This document shows positions 54,502 through 58,051 of a stretch of DNA of 58,051 nucleotides, one piece after another. Position 1 is the first letter of the stretch. Each line of letters opens with the position of its first letter. The notes below the pieces were generated by a model. It was not told where the DNA came from. It saw only the letters and a program-made list of their open reading frames with translations, and searched no databases. Position numbers and translations under genes: made by a program. The stretch comes from an uncultured Piscirickettsiaceae bacterium (GTDB lineage Bacteria; Pseudomonadota; Gammaproteobacteria; GCF-002020875): positions 14,236 to 72,286 of the forward strand of contig CAYFMF010000001.1 of the NCBI GenBank assembly GCA_964344135.1, given 5' to 3'.

Positions 54502-55584
54502 ATGGCAAGAACATATAATTTTAGTGCGGGGCCGGCAATGCTGCCGACTGCAGTCATTGAGCGGGCACAGCAGGAGATGCTGGAGTGGAATGGTTCCGGC
54601 ATGTCGGTGATGGAGATGAGTCATCGTGGCAAGGAGTTCATGTCGATTGCCGGGAAGGCAGAGGCCGATCTGCGTGAGGTAATGGCGATCCCCGACAACT
54701 ACAAGGTGCTGTTTCTGCAGGGGGGTGCCTCCAGTCAGTTCGCAATGGTTCCGCTCAATTTGCTGCGAGGCAGGGAGAGTGCGGATTATCTCAATACCGG
54801 AATGTGGTCCAAGAAGGCGGTTGCCGAGGCGGCCCGCTACTGTAGCGTCAACCTGGCAGCCGATACCTCGGAGAGTGGTTTCACTGCTGTTCCTGCGCAG
54901 GAGTCCCTGAATCTGAATGCGGATGCGGCCTATCTCCACTATACCCCCAATGAGACCATTGGCGGCGTGGAGTTCGACTATGTTCCTGATGCAGGGGATG
55001 TGCCGCTGGTGGCGGATATGTCCTCCACGATCCTCTCGCGCCCGATGGATGTCTCCAGCTATGGGGTGATCTACGCCGGTGCGCAGAAGAATATCGGCCC
55101 TGCAGGGCTGACCATTGTCATTGTGCGTGAGGACCTGGTGGGGGAGACTCTGGGGGGAACCCCGGCGATGTTTGATTATGCGACCCATGTGAAGTCGGAC
55201 TCCATGTACAACACGCCCCCTACCTATAGCTGGTACATGGCGGGGCTGGTCTTTGAGTGGATCAAGGAGCAGGGTGGCCTCTCTGCAATGGGTGAGATCA
55301 ACCAGCGCAAGGCGGGCAAGCTCTATGCGGCGATTGATGGGTCGGATTTCTATGCCAATCCAGTGGAGCCAAACGGACGCTCCTGGATGAATATTCCCTT
55401 CACCCTGGCGGATGCAGAGCTGGATGGGGCCTTCCTGACTGGTGCTGCCGAGCGAGGACTGATGACCCTGAAGGGACACCGTTCTGTTGGTGGAATGCGT
55501 GCCAGTATCTATAACGCAATGCCTGAGGCAGGCGTGGATGCACTGGTTGCCTACATGCAGGAGTTTGAGAAGGAGCGGGCCTGA
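54502..55584 (+). CDS. serC: Phosphoserine aminotransferase
   Basis: 360 aa with YNFSAGPAMLP and SVMEMSHRGKEF motifs. AAGGAAG upstream. Confidence 0.95.
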   Translation: MARTYNFSAGPAMLPTAVIERAQQEMLEWNGSGMSVMEMSHRGKEFMSIAGKAEADLREVMAIPDNYKVLFLQGGASSQFAMVPLNLLRGRESADYLNTGMWSKKAVAEAARYCSVNLAADTSESGFTAVPAQESLNLNADAAYLHYTPNETIGGVEFDYVPDAGDVPLVADMSSTILSRPMDVSSYGVIYAGAQKNIGPAGLTIVIVREDLVGETLGGTPAMFDYATHVKSDSMYNTPPTYSWYMAGLVFEWIKEQGGLSAMGEINQRKAGKLYAAIDGSDFYANPVEPNGRSWMNIPFTLADAELDGAFLTGAAERGLMTLKGHRSVGGMRASIYNAMPEAGVDALVAYMQEFEKERA

Positions 55585-55661
55585 GTCAGGGGCTGGGGCT
55601 GAACCACACGCTGTGCCAGGGAGTGGTGCAGTGATTACTGAATAAACTGGAAGATAGATTA

Positions 55662-56825
55662 ATGAACAAGATTCTTACACTGAACAATATCTCTGTGGCC
55701 GGACTGGATCGCCTGCCACGCGACAGCTATGAGGTTGCCTCCGAGATTCAGCATCCGGACGCCATTCTGCTGCGCTCCTACAAGATGCATGAGATGGAGA
55801 TCCCGGAGACGCTGAAGGCGGTCGGGCGTGCAGGCGCCGGGGTCAACAACATTCCGGTCGAGAAGATGACCGAGGCGGGGATCCCGGTCTTCAATGCGCC
55901 GGGCGCCAACGCCAACGCAGTTAAGGAGTTGGTGATCTCCAGTATGCTGATGGCGAGTCGCAACATTGCGCAGGCATGGAATTATGCGCGCAATCTGGAG
56001 GGGGATGATGCCTCCATCGCCAAGGATGTTGAGGCGGGCAAGAAGAAGTATGTCGGTTTTGAGCTTCCTGGCCGCACCCTCGGGGTGATTGGTCTGGGAG
56101 CGATTGGGGTACAGATTGCCAATGCGGCGATCTCCCTGGGAATGAAGGTGATCGGTTATGATCCATCCGTGACCATCCAGAGTGCCTGGAAGCTCTCCGC
56201 CGATGCGGTGCGTGCACACAGTGTGGATGAGCTCTTGGCGGAGGCCGATTTCATCACTTTTCATGTTCCGTTGATTGATGCAACAAAGAACATGATCAAT
56301 GCGGATCGCCTCAAGAACATGAAAGATGGCGTTGTAATCATGAATTTTGCCCGTGGCGGGATTGTTGATGATGCGGCAGTTCTGGAGGCACTGGATTCCG
56401 GCAAGGTCTATGCCTACATCAATGACTTTCCGACCAACGAGAACAAGAACCATCCCCGGGTGGTCTGCCTCCCCCATCTGGGTGCCTCAACGGCCGAGGC
56501 GGAGGACAACTGTGCCATCATGGTAGCAGATCAGGTCAAGGACTATCTGGAGAATGGCAATATCACCAACTCGGTCAACTTTCCGGAGATGAAGATGCCG
56601 CGTGCCGGTTCGGCCAGAATCTCGGTTGCCAACTCCAATGTCCCCAACATGGTGGGGCAGATCACCTCACTGCTGGCGGATGAGGGGATCAACATTGTGG
56701 ATATGATGAACAGGTCGAGGGGAGATATCGCCTATAATCTTCTGGACGTTGAGGGCGAGCTGGGTTCTGATATTGCAGAGAAGATTCAGGCAATTGAGGG
56801 GGTATTGTCAGTTCGTACACTCTGA
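55662..56825 (+). CDS. serA: D-3-phosphoglycerate dehydrogenase-type 2-hydroxyacid dehydrogenase with C-terminal ACT domain
   Basis: 387 aa with GRAGAGVNNIPV and NAD motif GVIGLGAIGVQIA, plus an ACT-like C-terminal segment (RISVANSNVPNMVGQITSLLA). It is adjacent to serC. Confidence 0.8.
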   Translation: MNKILTLNNISVAGLDRLPRDSYEVASEIQHPDAILLRSYKMHEMEIPETLKAVGRAGAGVNNIPVEKMTEAGIPVFNAPGANANAVKELVISSMLMASRNIAQAWNYARNLEGDDASIAKDVEAGKKKYVGFELPGRTLGVIGLGAIGVQIANAAISLGMKVIGYDPSVTIQSAWKLSADAVRAHSVDELLAEADFITFHVPLIDATKNMINADRLKNMKDGVVIMNFARGGIVDDAAVLEALDSGKVYAYINDFPTNENKNHPRVVCLPHLGASTAEAEDNCAIMVADQVKDYLENGNITNSVNFPEMKMPRAGSARISVANSNVPNMVGQITSLLADEGINIVDMMNRSRGDIAYNLLDVEGELGSDIAEKIQAIEGVLSVRTL

Positions 56826-56852
56826 TGTGCAGACTGCAACAGTAGGAGCAAG

Positions 56853-57950
56853 ATGGACGGAGAGAAGAGACTAGAGGAGATTCGCAGAGAGATTGACCAT
56901 CTGGATGAGCAGATCCAGCAGTTGATCAATCAACGGGCATCACTTGCACAAGAGGTTGCGGAGGTGAAGCTCTCGACACGTGGATCGAGGGAGGAGGAGA
57001 TCCGGTTTTACCGTCCGGAACGGGAGGCACAGGTTCTCTCGCGGGTGATGGAGCGTAATGAGGGGCCACTGGGGGATGAGGAGATGGCTCGACTGTTTCG
57101 GGAGATCATGTCGGCCTGTCTGGCGCTGGAAGAGCCGATGCGAATCGCCTTTCTGGGACCGGAGGGAACCTTTACCCAGGCTGCGGCGCTGAAGCACTTC
57201 GGGAATTCGGTCACCACCCTGCCGTTGGGGGCAATCCCCTCGATCTTTCACGATGTCGAATCGGGAGAGGCCAATTATGGGGTGGTTCCTGTCGAGAACT
57301 CGACAGAGGGGGTGATTACCCATACCCTGGACATGTTCATCAACTCCCCGCTGCAGATCAATGGTGAGGTGGAGCTTCGGATTCACCACCACCTGATGGG
57401 GCCGATGGAGCGGCTGGAGGAGGTCAAACGGATCTACTCGCACCAGCAGTCACTGGCGCAGTGTCGGGACTGGCTGGAGGCGCACCTCTCAGGTGTGGAG
57501 CAGATTCCGGTCTCCAGTAATGCGGAGGCTGCGCGTCTCGCATCCGGGGAGGAGGGATCCGCAGCCATCGCCGGTGAGGTTGCCTCCGAGATCTACCATC
57601 TCAATCTGTTGGCGAGGAATATCGAGGATGAGCCCGATAACACCACCCGTTTTCTGATCATTGGCAAGCACTCCCCCAGCCCAAGCGGGAATGACAAGAC
57701 CTCGCTGCTGATCTCGACCAATAATCGCCCGGGGGCACTCTATGATCTGCTAACGCCCCTCTCCGATAATGGGGTCTCCATGAGTCGGATTGAGTCACGC
57801 CCCTCCAGGAGAGGAAATTGGGACTACCTCTTCTTTGTCGATATCGAGGGCCATGCAGGGGATGAGAATGTGAAAAGAGCCCTGAACTTGCTGGAGTCCA
57901 CTGCAACCATGTTCAGGATACTGGGCTCCTACCCCAAGGCGATCCTTTAG
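56853..57950 (+). CDS. pheA: Bifunctional chorismate mutase / prephenate dehydratase (P-protein)
   Basis: 365 aa with an N-terminal CM helix (LEEIRREIDHLDEQIQQLINQRASLAQEV), PDT domain (RIAFLGPEGTFTQAAA...TRFL) and ACT domain (TSLLISTNNRPGALYDLL...ESRP). Confidence 0.95.
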   Translation: MDGEKRLEEIRREIDHLDEQIQQLINQRASLAQEVAEVKLSTRGSREEEIRFYRPEREAQVLSRVMERNEGPLGDEEMARLFREIMSACLALEEPMRIAFLGPEGTFTQAAALKHFGNSVTTLPLGAIPSIFHDVESGEANYGVVPVENSTEGVITHTLDMFINSPLQINGEVELRIHHHLMGPMERLEEVKRIYSHQQSLAQCRDWLEAHLSGVEQIPVSSNAEAARLASGEEGSAAIAGEVASEIYHLNLLARNIEDEPDNTTRFLIIGKHSPSPSGNDKTSLLISTNNRPGALYDLLTPLSDNGVSMSRIESRPSRRGNWDYLFFVDIEGHAGDENVKRALNLLESTATMFRILGSYPKAIL

Positions 57951-58051
57951 GGTAGATAATGCACTTTTCTTGCGATAGCGGCGTCAGTTCCGTACTCAAA
58001 TCCTCATCTGCAGCGATCTACACTGCGGTTTTCCGTGTGGCCCCTCCGTGC

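Noticed and set aside
57959-58051. ATG 9 nt after the pheA stop opens an ORF that runs to the window edge (MHFSCDSGVSSVLKSS...). By synteny, hisC would be expected here.
   Set aside because: Only 31 codons are visible, and they do not resemble a histidinol-phosphate aminotransferase N-terminus that I can recognise. There is too little sequence to call.

Overview
This 58 kb window looks like core chromosome of a moderately GC-rich gammaproteobacterium. I recognise about 60 closely packed protein genes, nearly all housekeeping. Much of the gene order matches blocks known from Pseudomonas and E. coli: bamA-skp-lpxD-fabZ-lpxA-(2 extra genes)-lpxB-rnhB-dnaE-accA-tilS-pyrG-kdsA-eno-ftsB-ispD-ispF-truD; smc-zipA-ligA; the yci cluster with trpS-scpA-scpB-rluB; and yciK-rmuC-gph-ubiG-mtaD / mtnA-gyrA-serC-serA-pheA. 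I found no rRNA, tRNA, CRISPR array, transposase, integrase, phage gene or recognisable defence module. By eye there is no compositional island. I therefore cannot point to a clear multi-gene novel system. The least explained DNA is the roughly 1.2 kb islet at 36.3-37.6 kb. It holds an unlisted 40-codon hydrophobic ORF, an orphan secreted protein with a Met-rich tail, and two copies of a composite hairpin plus 10-bp-phased repeat unit. Other points worth a second look:
- a GnnA/GnnB-like pair inside the lipid A cluster
- a ZipA homologue with no membrane anchor
- a small secreted Gly/Asn/Asp/Tyr-rich protein behind a near-consensus promoter (possible sulfur-globule-type protein; together with a CbbY-like gene this hints at a sulfur-oxidising autotroph)
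- three intergenic spacers filled by 85-160 nt nested inverted-repeat elements
- a Fur-box-like palindrome
- a gluQ-orf142-smr operon chained by ATGA overlaps

All product calls come from reading the translations for motifs and from synteny. No database search was run.
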